From Macrostomum lignano (Eukaryota): a stretch of DNA of 64,000 bases. Where the stretch lies: positions 386,758 to 450,757 of the forward strand of contig NIVC01000992.1 in NCBI GenBank assembly GCA_002269645.1, in the 5' to 3' direction. The notes below the pieces were generated by a model. The model had not been told where the DNA came from and ran no database searches. It worked only from the letters and a program-made list of their open reading frames with translations. The position numbers and the translations under genes were made by a program. Positions 34,766 to 49,031 of this stretch are shown here, one piece after another (within the stretch, counting starts at the first letter, position 1; each line of letters starts with the position of its first letter).

Positions 34766-36186
34766 ATCGACGTCAGGCAAGGTCTTCAGCTGTCGATTTT
34801 GTCTATTTCCATTAAGCTAGATGTTTTCCATCAGACGATATAGTGAAATAAAATCAATTTAATCTTGTCTAATAGCAGAACTGATTGTACTAGTTCACTA
34901 CAGAGGTAAAAGTATTTTCCCCGATGCAGCTGAGCTAGCAGTAGGAATGCCAAGCCATTTTTCCGCCAGTCGAACTACCAAGAGGGGGGGGGAAATTCCC
35001 CCCCCCCCTGACAATTTTTTTTGCTGCGCCGGAACGGAGCAACGCAGGCACACGAAATTCAAGAACACGGGCTAACTTTTTGTTGCGCACCTTCTCAAAC
35101 AAGAATCAAGTCGCCAGCCCTTCGGACCGTCGAGATATTCGACGATTCTGCCAGAAGGTCGGATTTTTCCCATAAGCGCCAGTGTATTCAGTTCACCCCT
35201 GTGCGTCAATTGGCACTGCGCCTCAGTGCAGCCTTGCCAAGTCTCCAAATTTCATCAGCACGTCGACCACATGTGTCTGCCTCAGTTCTGACTTCGTTGG
35301 TCACTAGACTTCACCCAGGTGGAGCTTCTGGACCCTCAAAAGGTGGCACCAGGTGACTATGGACATCCTGTTGCAAATGTCAGGTTTTTCTAATCAAGCT
35401 TCAATAATGGGCAAGCCTCACTGCTGGACATCCTCAGCTAGTCAATCAAGCATTCAGCCATCACCCCGACGCCGTCGGCACCTTCAACAGATGGCACCAG
35501 GGGAGTAAGGACAAAGAAAAGAAGGATAAGGAAAAGTATGAAAAATACTTTATTTAAATCTTATTTTCAAATAAGATTTAAATTAAGATTTCAGATTTAA
35601 AATTTTACAATTCGAGTCGAGTTATACAACTTGTTATTAGAAGTCTAAAACTTATCGGCTGAAAAGACACAGAGTATGTCTAAATGCAATAGTATTTATT
35701 AGTAGTTTATGCACACGCATGGCTCATGGTATTTATAGGAAGTCATATTATATCAGAGTCGAAACAAATACACTCGAGAATGTGGAGAGGGGGACAGCTA
35801 TGAAGAAAATGAGCCTTTTCATTCGAAAAAAACAGAAAAGGAGAAGAACACTTCAGCGAATCTTGTCAACCAAGCGCACCTGGATCCAATTCAACGTGTG
35901 CCCACTCTTTTTACCTCATTTTATTGCCTCGGGGAAGGCCTGAGACTCGATCGATGGCCCCGACCCCATAATTAAATGCAGGAAAACCTTTCGAGCAAAG
36001 TGTATCGAGATTGTTCTCCGATAGGCCGGGGACAGGAAGTGGGATGGGAGGAGTGGGATGAAGATGCCGCATTAGTTCGAAAGCTGCAGGGCTGGGGGAT
36101 GTCAGTTGAAATTGATCCGACTTCGATCTCTGCGAATTTACTGTGTCTCCTGAGCCACTGACACTGATTCTCCATTTGGGAGTGAG

Positions 36187-36815
<629 letters not shown>

Positions 36816-37380
36816 TAAAAAAAGTTTGCTCAGTCACAACAGAATTTTTCGATTCCATCAAAGATAGTATATAGATATTGCATTGCAGTTACTTACTCAT
36901 AATTAGAAATATTTTTAATATGACTGGATATTTGAATCTTGTGCTAATTTTTTCTTGAAAGCAGCTTTATGTCAGCTATCTAACCACCCTTGTCCTGCCC
37001 CCTGCATTAGAGATTTATGTAGTGCATTTGTACCGTAACACTCAGCGAGCTCGGCAGATGAGGCATGCAGCCCATTAGCTTTCATTTGAGCTCTCTGAAA
37101 AAGCTGGCGACTTCTTAGAAAGTGCCCTCATTTGAGCGGCTTTATTTGGACAGAAGGACGGCTCGATGATTACTCGATTTCAAGGTCTATCTGTCCGTTT
37201 GTTTCGTTCTCACGCCCACTTTTCATGGCCTTTTAATCTCGAATGCGTAGGGATATCTTTCTAACTTTTTGTGTGCCGACCTGTCATACAAACAGTTCAT
37301 TTTTTATCCGCTTTACCAGCAGCTACAGGTGTATTAAATGTCAGATGGTCAAATGAAGTGCCCATGGAGGTGGTAAGCCA

Positions 37381-37665
37381 TGGAGGCTGTAACCTAGAGC
37401 TGTCTGGCGCGACGCTCTGAAGTGCCAGCGGCCCAGGCTCGATTCCAAGTGCAGTCACTTTAATTTGGGGCTGAATTGGAATCTCGGCTTGGCTCTGCTC
37501 GTACAATTAACGGCCTTGAGGAACAACCCCCAAGGTACAGTGAAGTGTACATGCCTAACGATAAATAAAGTTAGGGCCGCTGTACACTCCTGTGTGAGTG
37601 TATGCCTGCTCAGGGGAGTCGGCGGAATGGGCAGTAATGCTTGTGTGCCAATGTCGCTTAATGTC
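37381..37665 (+). mobile_element. Second copy of SINE family 1, 3'-truncated, with degenerate box A
   Basis: Long colinear match to the reverse complement of 4660-4980 (GGCTCGATTCCAAGTGCAGTCAC..GGAATCTCGGCTTGGCTCTGCTCG..GTGTACATGCCTAACG). Confidence 0.9.
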
Positions 37666-37734
37666 GAAAAGAATACTTCAAAAATCGAAAGAACGTTCTC
37701 AATTTTGTTTTTGCATTTCCTTTTTGTCTCACTT

Positions 37735-37986
37735 TGGAGTCCCAAATTCCGGACATTTTACAATCCCGGGATCCCGGACAAAAAATTGACCCAATCCCGG
37801 GATTGAACAAACAAATTTACGGGAAGCTTTCCATTGTCCACAAAACTAATTTCTCAACCAATCTGAGCATCGTTTCACGTTTGCAAAGTGTGAATTCCAA
37901 TCCCATGTTTACCGGGATCCCGGACCCCTAATCCCGGGATCAAGAATACTAACAAAAAGCCGGGATCCCGGGATTAGGACCCCTAG
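37735..37986. mobile_element. MITE-like element rich in CCCGGGATCCCGG motifs
   Basis: Repeated ATCCCGGGAT motifs in both orientations; ends GGATTAGGACCCCTAG with a degenerate inverted counterpart near 37735. Confidence 0.45.
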
Positions 37987-38399
37987 TCTCACCTTTTAAG
38001 CAAAACTGATAGCTTCGTGACATTTTGATTTTACTAAATTAGTGTCATTGTCCAATTCTTTATGGGCTGCAAATATGAGGGCAAAAAACACAGGGACTAG
38101 CAATCGTCTTCTTTGATGCAAAGTTGCTCAATTTAATTACCGTCCCACCTTGTTTTCTTGCTTGCCTTGTTTTCACTTTGTCCGAAATCTCTTTCCTCTT
38201 GCTTTTTCCTCTCCTATTGCTGCTCGGACTTCTACCCATAAGTGAGCTAAATTTAGCGTGCCAAGTCCTATGCTTTGCAAGCAAAGCCCGCTTTTATATG
38301 ACTAGACGATAGCTATAGAAATTCAAGCGAATGCTGTTCAAAGAAAATTCAGAGCTTCTGACCTTTGATTAGAATACCGCGCCTTGTGTCGGATTTTGC

Positions 38400-38867
38400 G
38401 GTTGGGGCTGAGGGGTTGGGGGCTGAAGGGGTTGGGGCTGAGGGGTTGGGGGCTGAGGGGTTGGGGGCTGAGGGGTTGGGGCTGAGGGGTTGGGGGCTGA
38501 GGGGTTGGGGGCTGAGGGGTTGGGGCTGAGAGGTTGGGGGCTGAGGGGTTGGGGCTGAGGGGTTGGGGCTGAGGGGTTGGGGCTGAGGGGCTGGGGCTGA
38601 GGGGTTGGGGGCTGAGGGGTTGGGGCTGAGGGGTTGGGGCTGAGGGGTTGGGGCTGAGGGGTTGGGGGCTGAGGGGTTGGGGCTGAGGGGTTGGGGCTGA
38701 AGGGTTGGGGGCTGAAGGGTTGGGGGCTGAGGGTTGGGGGCTGAGGGGTTGGGGGCTGAGGGGTTGGGGGCTGAGGGGTTGGGGGCTGAGGGGTTGGGGG
38801 CTGAGGGGTTGGGGGCTGAGGGGTTGGGGGCTGAGGGGTTGGGGGCTGAGGGGTTGGGGGCTGAGGG
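38400..38867. repeat. G-rich 14/15-bp minisatellite (GGGG(G)CTGAGGGGTT)n
   Basis: Directly visible; explains ORFs 38338..38904 and 38349..38882. Confidence 0.97.
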
Positions 38868-41800
38868 TCGGACGTATTTCAACTACTCCTAACTTCTCCA
38901 CCAAGAATTTATACGCCCAGTCGAGTCAGCTCTTTTATAGCTCACTTTGCATTAACTTCGGAGTGCCAAGTAGCGCTAGGGAAAGCAATTCCACTCGCGT
39001 CACAAAAATGACTAGCATTTGGTGCTTTTTATTTTAGCCACCATTGAGAAAATAATGATGACCAGTACATCAGTAATTGAGTTTAGTCCGTTGAAAAGTA
39101 ATATTGCCAGCATGCACTTCAGAATCGCAACTCAAAATGCGTTTTTGCAAGGTAGAAAATGCAGCTCTTCAGTAGTAGGATAAAAATCTATCGCAGTTCT
39201 GACTTCCGGATAGCCAGTCAATAGTTGGGTTCGAGGCATATTCGCAAGGTTATTAATTCAACTAATTGCAGACATGATTTACAGCATTATTTTATAGTTT
39301 GCTTCCTGCTTCCTCTCTGTATTAACAGATTTAGGTAGCAAATCTTTGCTAGGCTTAAATTTTGCTAGCCAGAATAACATTAGAATGGACAGATTTTACC
39401 TTTATCTAAACCTCTGCTTAGGAAAAAAACCAGGAAATGGGAAATTCTTTTTGCTACTCTTGCGCGTGCTATTTTTTGGGCCTCAAGAAATAAGAAACAT
39501 GTACCGCTATGTACTTGATTTAAAAAAAGCTAAAACTGCGTTCATGCAGCATAAAACGGTCGTTATGCGTCTAAGCTATTGAACTTTGACCCATGGTCGA
39601 GGATTGTTAATCATAATCACACTGACTGAGCTCGTACAAGGAACCCCTACTTGCTTGCTGCGCTCCCCTTCCCCAGGAAGTGGCACTCAAATTTTGCTAG
39701 TACATCTGAGCGTCCCAGCAAAATAACTCTCGGTACGCTTCGTCCTCACATCCAGAAGTAGTAGAATGAACATTCTTATCGGCCAGTTAAAATCCAACTT
39801 CTCATTCACTTGCATTTCTTCAAGGTGTTTGATAGAAGGGTTCCATGTAAGAACGCGTTACCTTCGTCCTCTGTAAGATGTTGAAACTTTTCGGCAGCCA
39901 AATCTAGGCTTGATAGCAGATTGACTTCTGAATCTTCTTGATCTGTGTTAACTTCTCTGAACTGAACTCTTTTAGTGCTTTTAGTGTACAGCTAGCCTCA
40001 AACGTTGGGCTATAGACAAAGTAGCACTTCCAACCATAGACAGGTACAGTACAGTACGTAAGTTTTCGACTCGCTGCTTTCAGTTATGCATAAATTATTT
40101 TCCTCAATTCAATATGACTTCTATGATCCCTTCTCGATCTCGAAGTGTCAGGAGTTCCCTAGTGTTAGAAAGCGATAATCGGACTGAGTGGAAAAGTGGA
40201 AAAGTCCTATGGGGTACGTGTCTAGCGTTTTCCTTTTAGTGGCGGTAAAGACTCATTTTTATTCACAAAATATGACATTCTTGTTCTTCTGTTACGCTTC
40301 TGTTACGATTTTGGCCATAGACAAATGCACATTGCCCGGAATTTCGATAATTTAACTTGACATGTAGGCATCTGCTTAACGACACAAATTGCACTTAATT
40401 TCCTGCAGTGAAGGAGATTAGAGTTAGTTATGCATCTCTTAAGGCATGGCTTGGTCAAAATGAATTCAGTTTTTTAAGAGTTTAGCAACTCTCTGTCTTT
40501 AACTAGGCATTTCCCTAGTAAGCGTTCGACTAGGGAATAGGAGCTACATTTGGAGGATAGAGACCCCGGAAACAAGGTTTGGGAAACGCCCAAATTATGT
40601 TTAACCATGCACTAATCTACCGTGTTTCCTCATTGCTCCTCATTGCCCTATTGATCTTATAATTCTTCTCATATTTCCTTCTAATCTACCCCCGTTACAC
40701 TAATACTGTGTCCTACAGTGACCAGTCTATTCCCGAACTGAAGCAAACGGTACGGATTTCCTTTGAAGCTAATGTCTCTACGGTAAAACTGTTCTGGGTT
40801 GCCTGCCGGGTAACAGACGGATTGATAGTGACTTGTGGGGATTCTAAAACGGCATGAAATTAATGAGAGCTATACTGTACGATGTGTGTACTTTCATCAT
40901 TTGTAATAAACTAGGAGTAATGTCGGTGCACCAAATTCTGCAAAGATACACATGTACTAAAACTTTGGTCTGGATCGGGATAAACCCTGGTGATTTTCTT
41001 AACCTCCATAACCTCTAGGATCTCCATATCATAGTTGTGTAAATTTATCAGAGACATGAAAAATACATCCACGTGTTTACAGATTCAGAGCAGTCGAATA
41101 CTTGTTACTAGAGTTGCAATTTAACTTAAAGTATAAATACACTCCACCAGGAACTAAAGTCAGACGTCAACTGAGCAGGGTAAGATTATCTGTTTCAAAA
41201 GTTGCGTTAGGCAATAATAAATAGGATCATTAAAAAGTGTTAATCCTTACCCACTCACATCAAAAAGTTTAAACTCTTGAGAGTTAAGTAAAATTAGGCA
41301 ACAATAAAAGCATCGCAAGCAACAAAACGTTTAATACGATCAACTATTTGAGTAGCTATATAGAAACCAGTCTGGAGAATTGTTGATTGGTTCAAAAAAA
41401 GCAAACGGCAGCAGGTGATCGAAAAGACGTCTTACGCGATGACGGGAAATTTCTGTCTGCTGATTCTGCCTCTCTTTGACTCCCTTAACTTTGCAACCGA
41501 TTAATTCATGAATGATGGTCGCAGTTAACTCTCTATTCGACATGTAACCTCGCGATCGTCGCTGGCTCTTCCATTCGTCATCGCCCACGCCTCATGCCTC
41601 ACGCCTACCCTATAAAAGTTTATACGTCACAGACTAGCTTATACTTCCATTATACTAAAATGGTTTGTCGGTATCTATCTACCTATCTATGTAATCGATT
41701 AGAGAAAAAATGGTTGTAAACTAAGACTTGGCGATGGATTTACAAGCTAGTGGGATCTATTTATGATTAAAGTTTTAATTTTGTGATAAACTAATAATAT

Positions 41801-41989
41801 GAAAGTAATATACAAGTAACCAACAAAGACTATTGCAATCCGATGTCGGCGACATTTCTAACCTATATCGACGTTGTTACACCGACGTTCGGCCGACTTA
41901 GAATGTCGTCATCCGTCAATGTAGTGTAAAAATACCCATTTTCCAGCGACGTCCAACGACAGGTTGATAGTCAGTGTCTATGTGTTCGA

Positions 41990-42820
41990 CTACCGAAGAT
42001 GTCCTCTGTAGCCGCCACCACCGATTGCTCCGCTACTGCCGGTGCCGCCACCCCCTACGCTGCCGCTGCCGCCACCATACCCACCACCAATTGCAGCGTT
42101 GTGCCGCGTGATGTAGCCAGCCAGAAAAGCGGACGGTATGCCCAGGCACAGATTGGAAATGACAACCACGCCTAGCACAGCAACAATGTCGGCATTGCAG
42201 TGCGCCAAATTCCAAGAGGCTGTCGCGTAGAACAGGACAAAACTGGCCGCGTTCAGAAATACGGATCCGGCGGCCGAGATCAGAACCGATCGGGCGCAAT
42301 TGACACCCAAACCCGGTAGTCGGTGACTGAACAGGCAGTGAAGAGCCAGGAATAGGTCCAGGAAGCCGGTGACCAGCCCTAGGCCAAGCTTGAGCCGCGT
42401 GCAGGGTGCGCACAGATTAGTGACCTCGCCGGCTAGACAGAGGCAGCCTTGTAGCGCTAAGAAAGCTCCGGAGATCAGCACCTTGTGATGGTCCGGACCC
42501 TTAGCTGGGGGCCGGCGGCTGTGCCGCATCTCCAGCTGCAGCATGTGCACATTCTTGACGGAAGTTGCGCTAACCTCTTCCCGGCTAACCGGATGTCCGG
42601 TCGGTGCATTGGCAACAGCTGTTGATGAAGACGATACCTGCTGGTGATTTTGGCGCAGATGCGACAGTTGCTGGGAGGCGCTCATGGGTGCTGCCGCAGT
42701 GCCCGTGGAGCTGTTGTTATTGTTGCTGCTAGTCTGCTCAGCACTGTTATGGTTAGCACTAGGCGGAGATGACGAGGAGATTGTAAATATGGGAGCGACG
42801 CGCTGTCCACCGCTTGGCAT
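41990..42820 (-). CDS. Single-exon four-transmembrane protein, CD20/MS4A-like topology, 276 aa
   Basis: Low-complexity S/N/Q N-terminus, four hydrophobic segments (KVLISGAFLALQGCLCLAG; LGLGLVTGFLDLFLAL; VLISAAGSVFLNAASFVLF; IVAVLGVVVISNLCLGIPSAFLAGY) and a Gly-rich tail. The family assignment is tentative. Confidence 0.7.
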   Translation of the reverse strand: MPSGGQRVAPIFTISSSSPPSANHNSAEQTSSNNNNSSTGTAAAPMSASQQLSHLRQNHQQVSSSSTAVANAPTGHPVSREEVSATSVKNVHMLQLEMRHSRRPPAKGPDHHKVLISGAFLALQGCLCLAGEVTNLCAPCTRLKLGLGLVTGFLDLFLALHCLFSHRLPGLGVNCARSVLISAAGSVFLNAASFVLFYATASWNLAHCNADIVAVLGVVVISNLCLGIPSAFLAGYITRHNAAIGGGYGGGSGSVGGGGTGSSGAIGGGGYRGHLR

Positions 42821-43723
42821 TTGCTATGATTTGTCACCGGTTTGAATCTCTGCTGCCTAAAGTATAGGCCGGCTAATATGTTGACAACCCGGATGAACAG
42901 GCAGCTGAGGCCGTTTCGATTTTTTTAAATCCAAGAGTCTTGCGTGCAGATCCGGGGAGCGGAGTGGGTACAGGAACTATTATCCCATAGCTATATAGGG
43001 ACTCTGAAAGAGGCTCGAGCAGTTTATAGAAGGGATCTCTGGGCGATCGTGACTGACGGGGGCAAGCACTGAGAAATAATGACGGGTTGGGGAGGGGGGA
43101 TGGGGATCTGAATTCGCGAAGCCGGCCGATAATAACGGTTTGGGTAGAGCAAACCGACTCTGGATTGGCTGCATTTAGCCGTATTTAGTTATAGCTAAGC
43201 ACCGACAACCCCCTGGGGGAAGGCAGGTGAGAGACGAACAGACAGAAGAGAGGCTGAGATGAGAATGGAAGGTTTGGGAAGTGTTTCTGTGTCCACCCGT
43301 TTGAGAAAGTTCCAGAGTGAACTGGCTATATATGATTGCAGAAGCCAGGTTGAGACCACCTGCTGTTGTCTCTCAGGTTCGGTTAATCTCCTGTCAGTCA
43401 GCCGCAGTGCTGCCTACGGGAGAAACTGAAGCAGCGCCTTGAAGATTTTAGACTGTAATCAAGTGTCAGTCTGTGTTCCTTGGTGCTGTGTCCCGTTCGT
43501 GGTTGTTTATGAACTAATAAAGTTTCATATACTACTCCCGATTTTTCATTGTGCATTTACATATTAAGCCAAGAAGTGTCTTAGTCCCATGGAGGAAAGA
43601 ATCCTATTCTTTTCTATTCTATTCTATTCTTTCCTCCATGCTCAATCCACGAATTTATCATTATAAATCGGTTAGTCGTCTATGACCAAAGCTCATCTAT
43701 TATATTTACACCACAGCATAGAG

Positions 43724-44145
43724 CATAGATCTTATATTCCCTAGATACGCCACCCAGCGACCACAAGCATACCCATAGAGCCTTTGTGTTTCTTGAAATA
43801 ATTTAGCGACCACGGTATTAGGTCAGTACACGCTGTCCAGCTAGATGTTGGACTCCATCACATTTACATGCATGTGTGCTGCAGCCCTGAACACAGCTTC
43901 AGCTTCTCGAATTCAGCGCTATTTTGCCAATTTGTTTGATAGCAAAGCGCAAGGAAGCAAGGACTGGCGAACTCTGTGTCTGTTGCGAATATTTTTGCAA
44001 CCACGGCAAAAATATGTCTATGTCCTTTTAAGCTACTGACCTCAAACGCTGTCGGCTTAATTAAATTTTTCTTTCAATTTGCGTGGTCGGTCTTTTCCTA
44101 TTGAATGCATTGAGAGTGGCCCATCTAGGGAATATAAGATCTATG
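43724..44145. mobile_element. 422-bp MITE with perfect 23-bp TIRs
   Basis: CATAGATCTTATATTCCCTAGAT at 43724-43746 and its exact reverse complement at 44123-44145; TSD unclear. Confidence 0.7.
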
Positions 44146-44833
44146 GCATAACTCTAAGATAGGCCACTCAGTGGCACCCAGCCAAACCATTGATTCTATG
44201 GGAAATATTCCAAGAAGCGATGATTTCAGCTAGTTTTCAGTAGTTAATGCGCTTATGTGTCAGTAGCTGAAACGAGTATTAAACTATCTTTTTATTCAGC
44301 TGTTTCAGTGTAAGACTTGGGATGCTTTCTGCTGCTTCATTAAAAAAGACCAAAGCAACAGAACTCGTCCTAGTTGTCCCTGAATGCTTACTTGACTCAT
44401 CGAGACCAATCCAAGTAAATAATTGGCAATTAAGTAAATTTTTCTCACCTTTCCATTTATTTGCAACCAGTCAAGTCAAAGCAAGTTATTTGCCGTGAAA
44501 ATTGCAGTAGAGCTTACAGATAAACAGGTGTATCATCTCATGCTTTTGTTGCGATATAATTGCACCGTCTGAAGGAAAATAGGCTGGCTAAAATCGAATT
44601 TCCCTGTTTCTCTGCAGCTGCTGCATGTAGGCAGGCTAGGGCAAAATGATATATGTCGATTTCTATAATTATCATAGGCAGTGTTGTTTGAGAGGCGGCC
44701 TGTGTTCCGTCTTATTGCATGCATGCTACTTTGCAAGCAGTTGTTACTTCACTGAGAGCAAGAGTCGGCGAACATTTTAAATTCAATGGCCAGATATGCT
44801 TCAGTAGAACTCGGCGCAAGACTGCAGGCCAGC

Positions 44834-45305
44834 GAGGGGAGAAAGGAGAGACGAGAGACGAGAGACGAGAGAGGAGAGACGAGAGAGGAGAGAGGAGAGA
44901 GGGAAGAGGGGAGAGGATTGAGGAGAGAGGAGAGAGGAGAGAAGAGAAAGGAGAAAGGAGAGAGGAGAGAGGAGAGAGGGGAGAGGGGAGAGGATTGAGG
45001 AGAGAGGAGAGAGGAGAGAAGAGAAAGGAGAAAGGAGAGAGGAGAGAGGAGAGAGGAGAAAGGAGAGAAGAGAAAGGAGAAAGGAGAGAGGAGATAGGAG
45101 AGAGGATTGAGGAGAGAGGAGAGAGGAGAGAAGAGAAAGGAGATAGGAGAGAGGATTGAGGAGAGAGGAGAGAGGAGAGAAGAGAAAGGAGAAAGGAGAG
45201 AAGAGAGAGGAGAAAGGAGAGAAGAGAGAGGAGAGAGGAGAAAGGAGAGAAGAGAAAGGAGAAAGGAGAGAGGAGAGAGGAGAGTGGAGAGAGGAGATGA
45301 GAGAG
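44834..45305. repeat. Polypurine (GGAGA/GAGAA)n low-complexity repeat
   Basis: Directly visible; explains ORFs 44712..45494 and 44719..45159. Confidence 0.95.
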
Positions 45306-46499
45306 GAGTATTGAAGAAAAGAAAAGAGACCTGATAAGCGACATAAACCTTGAGCCGGCCAGCTTCCTATTGTGAATTTTCATCGGAGTTTGGCAGATTC
45401 CCTTACGCAGAGATTTGCCTCTAAGAGAATCTTTACTCAATAGCAACTTATAACGGTATATACGGCTGACCAAGTATTGTCCTCTTAAGCACACATGAAG
45501 AGAGACTTATAAACCTGAAATGCTGACTTATACGGAGCTTCAAAGGAACAAAAAACTGATTTTAATTTTTGCCGACCTGCCTGCTAGTGTACCTGTTTAC
45601 AACCGGATTTTCAGTGCTGCTATATCCTGTTACTGGCTCTCGGAGAAGAGAGCAAACATACGGATACGACGCTTCAGTACTTCTCAACTCTCTTCTTTCT
45701 CCGGTTGCGATAGCTAAGCTTAATTTCGAGCTGGCAGAAGGCCAACATGCAAGCAGGCTATTCCATCAGCTCATTAACGAATGCAACGAGATTTCGTGAG
45801 CCGAATCTGCGTGAACACAAAAGTACGTGTGTACTGTCCCGCGCACAGTTTGCACTAATTAACCGCTGATTTCGTCTGGCTCCATTTTGCTTCATCAAAT
45901 CAGAGCTTCGTTTGAATATTTGAATTTGAGAACCACAAAATACGAATTGTCGTTCGTGTTGCTATTTCTGTACAATATGATTTATTTGTTTCTTTATTTG
46001 AGAATACAAACACTGAAAGTTTGAAGACAGTTGATTGTAGGACAATGTCGCCCCAAGGACGACTAAAGTAACATAGGACGCAGGACTCAACTTTCGTGGA
46101 AAATTCAGTGAAGGCCAATTTCCGTCATCGTCTGTATAAGCCGAAATATAAGTTGTTTACATGTTTTATAATCGTCGCAAGAGATTATCGACTGGTGTAG
46201 CACATATACGCCATTTTACTCTTTTATAATGCATACTTATTTGATTTTATTATATAAAGAGTTGCATCTCTCGTTTAAAAATGACTTATTATGTCGACGC
46301 CCTATACCATTGGATTTGATGTTATTCAAAGACATCAAACATTTGTAATTCTGTGCAAGTTGCTTGCACTTATAAACAAAACTAGTCAGAGGGCATTCAC
46401 ACTTTATGTATTGACAAAAGGATGGAGAATATTCGATATTTTGTTTATTCTGCGATTTTTAAAGCTTTAGGCCTACTATTTAGTTCATTTTAATAGCTA

Positions 46500-47035
46500 T
46501 TGGTTTTTGCATGCTAAGTGAGACATTTTTCAAGCAATCTGAGACTGAATAGCAAAAACACTATTGTCTATGGCCACCCCTCGCTGCAGCCCAGCTTTTT
46601 GGGCGCGCCTTGCAAGTAAAGTGAGACATTTTTTTCAAGCTAAGTGCGAACCATATTGAAAACAAGGGGGTGGTTTTACGAAATTACAAAATGATGTACT
46701 GTCAGAAACTATATATTTTGCTCAACTATCTGCTCAACGGCGTTCCGCATTTCAGCATCCATTTTTGTTGACCCCGGCTTGCGGCCACCGCGTTGCAACG
46801 CATGGAATTCACCAGTAGCTGCGTAGCGACTCCATATCCGATAGGCCGTCTTCTTGTTCAGATTAAGGATTTTGGACGCAGTCGAAATTGAGTAACCATC
46901 TTCGACGGCATTGACCAGGTGCTCTCTATCCTCGTTGCTTGTTAGACGCAGTTGATTTGCCATAGCCCAGCCTTTGTTTTCAATATGGTTCTCACTTAGC
47001 TTTAAAAAATGTCTCACTTAGCATGCAAAAACCAG
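46500..47035 (-). mobile_element. Internally deleted IS630-Tc1-mariner-type element retaining an 84-aa N-terminal HTH ORF (46709..46963)
   Basis: 30-bp perfect TIR TGGTTTTTGCATGCTAAGTGAGACATTTTT at 46501 and reverse-complemented at 47005-47034; TA on both sides. ORF MANQLRLTSNEDREHLVNAVEDGYSISTASKILNLNKKTAYRIWSRYAATGE..RGGRKP is paired-like HTH plus GRP-like linker. Confidence 0.8.
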
Positions 47036-49031
47036 TAGTATATTGTTCTGCATTAAAAATGTAAATAATGATCGTCAAACTGCGAAACAATGAGTGTAAA
47101 AATGCGATACAATGAGGACACTAGCAAAATGCATCCAAGGACCAGTTTAGTAATAACAGGACACAATACTCTAAGATCAAACGATTTTTGGAGGCCAATT
47201 TCCTGGGAAAAATACAACTGCGGAGATAGAAAAAATCTCCGTGAAAGTGCCGTGAAATTTTCTAATGAAATCGCCAATGCCACTTGTGAGTATTTGCAAC
47301 ATTGAGTTTATAAAATAAAAAGTATGAAAATGAGACTTTAACGGCACAATCATACAACAGAGTAACATGCGGTTTCCATTCCTCTCTAAAAACTACACGA
47401 TCTTTAGAGTTTTATGTCCTGTTTTACAACAGTGGTCCTCGAATGATCAAAGACACGACACAAGCCAGAATGCAACGAAATCAGCTTGGTACCAAAAAAT
47501 CAGCTTGAACTTTTGTTTGGGCATGAGATTGATACTTCCGCTACTTCAAATATATATTTCTACGAGTACTATTCTCTAGCCTGTTGTATATAAGGGAATA
47601 GAAGGGAACGCCTTTTCCTCGTGTCCTATTATATTATCCGTGCGACCGAATTTGTCCTAATTAGGAATGCTGCATACTTCTAGTCGAGACAGACTGCTCA
47701 TACTTGTAGAAAAGCAGTTCTCGCACTCTATAATTAAAAAGTATCTATGGATTCCGCATGACGGCTCCTTAGGCTACTAATGATGAAAGTCTTAAGATAC
47801 AGGATTACGAAAATTAAGACTATAGAATTAGTAGGACAAAAGCTTTCTTTCTATACAAATCCCACCCATTCTATGTGAGCAAGTCTTGTGCCTTGAAAGG
47901 GAAAATAGAGGAGATAAGGATGTAGCGCGCTACCCTTGAGCTTGGGTGAATTTAAGCCTAGATTAACCCACCTGTCTATTTCATCAATTCAACAGTTTGA
48001 GCAGATATATGTAGATAGACGGATAATTAATTTCATTTAGATTTTGTACTTCGAACGTCAGTAAAATAATAAAATTGAAACTTAAACTGTCTAGATGAAT
48101 CTCAGATACTACTCAAGTCTTGGCAAGTATAAAGCTCTAGCCGGCCGCTAACTAGACTTACATATGTGTATAATAAAAACTCAAACGAGGTAGAATACGC
48201 TTAGATGGTATTTTCCGATTAACCATATAATTATATTTAATAACTGTGTTTTTGACGTTTGTATAAATAAGTAAGTAAGCGAATAAGCGAGCTACAAGCA
48301 GGGAGAATATAAGTCTGAGACGCTACGGTATAACAAGCTACTCCAATGCTCTTATTAATCTATTATACGCTCGTGTATATATCTTATGCCTATCTACTTG
48401 GTCTGAGACCAATATGCTAATATTAATAAATCAGTAGTCATGGCAGAGCTCAGTCTTACCCTTCGTTCACAGGTGTCTGCAGAAGCAATCGGCACGATTT
48501 GAAAACTAGTTGTTTAAGCAAGAAGTTAGTAGCTCGTAGAGAGAAAGAGTAAAGATTAGACATTTAACCCCTCGCTTATTTATAGTTAATTTTCCCGATG
48601 AAGTCCCTGTGAAACTGTCTGCGTTGTCACTTCCCACGTCTTCCCACGTCGCAATTCCGGCCGATTTTCACGGTCTCCCTCTCTCGTGCGACTTCTGAAA
48701 TGTCTCTGTTTAAAAATGTAGTTGAACCCCACCCCACATACGAGTAAACAACCCCTTTAAAGTGGAAGCAGACTTTTAGGGTGGCCTGCACTCGCCCTTT
48801 GCACTGCCGTACTCGAGCGCTTGTGGCTTTTTGTAAGAGTGCAACTGTCCACAACTGCTACACTCCAGCACGCTCTGATAACAGTGCAATTCTCTAATTC
48901 CCTAACCTAAAACCTAAGTCTTATTCCTAATAGTTCCTACGATAGTTCCTAAATGACATTCGATTACCATCCTTATACTAAGGCCCGTGTCGTGTGAGTA
49001 TATTTCCACCAGCAGCTGCGCGGGCTCTATA

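Noticed and set aside
43160-43560. Possible solo LTR (TATA-like, AATAAA, ends TTTACA)
   Set aside because: No matching TG start with a target-site duplication was found.
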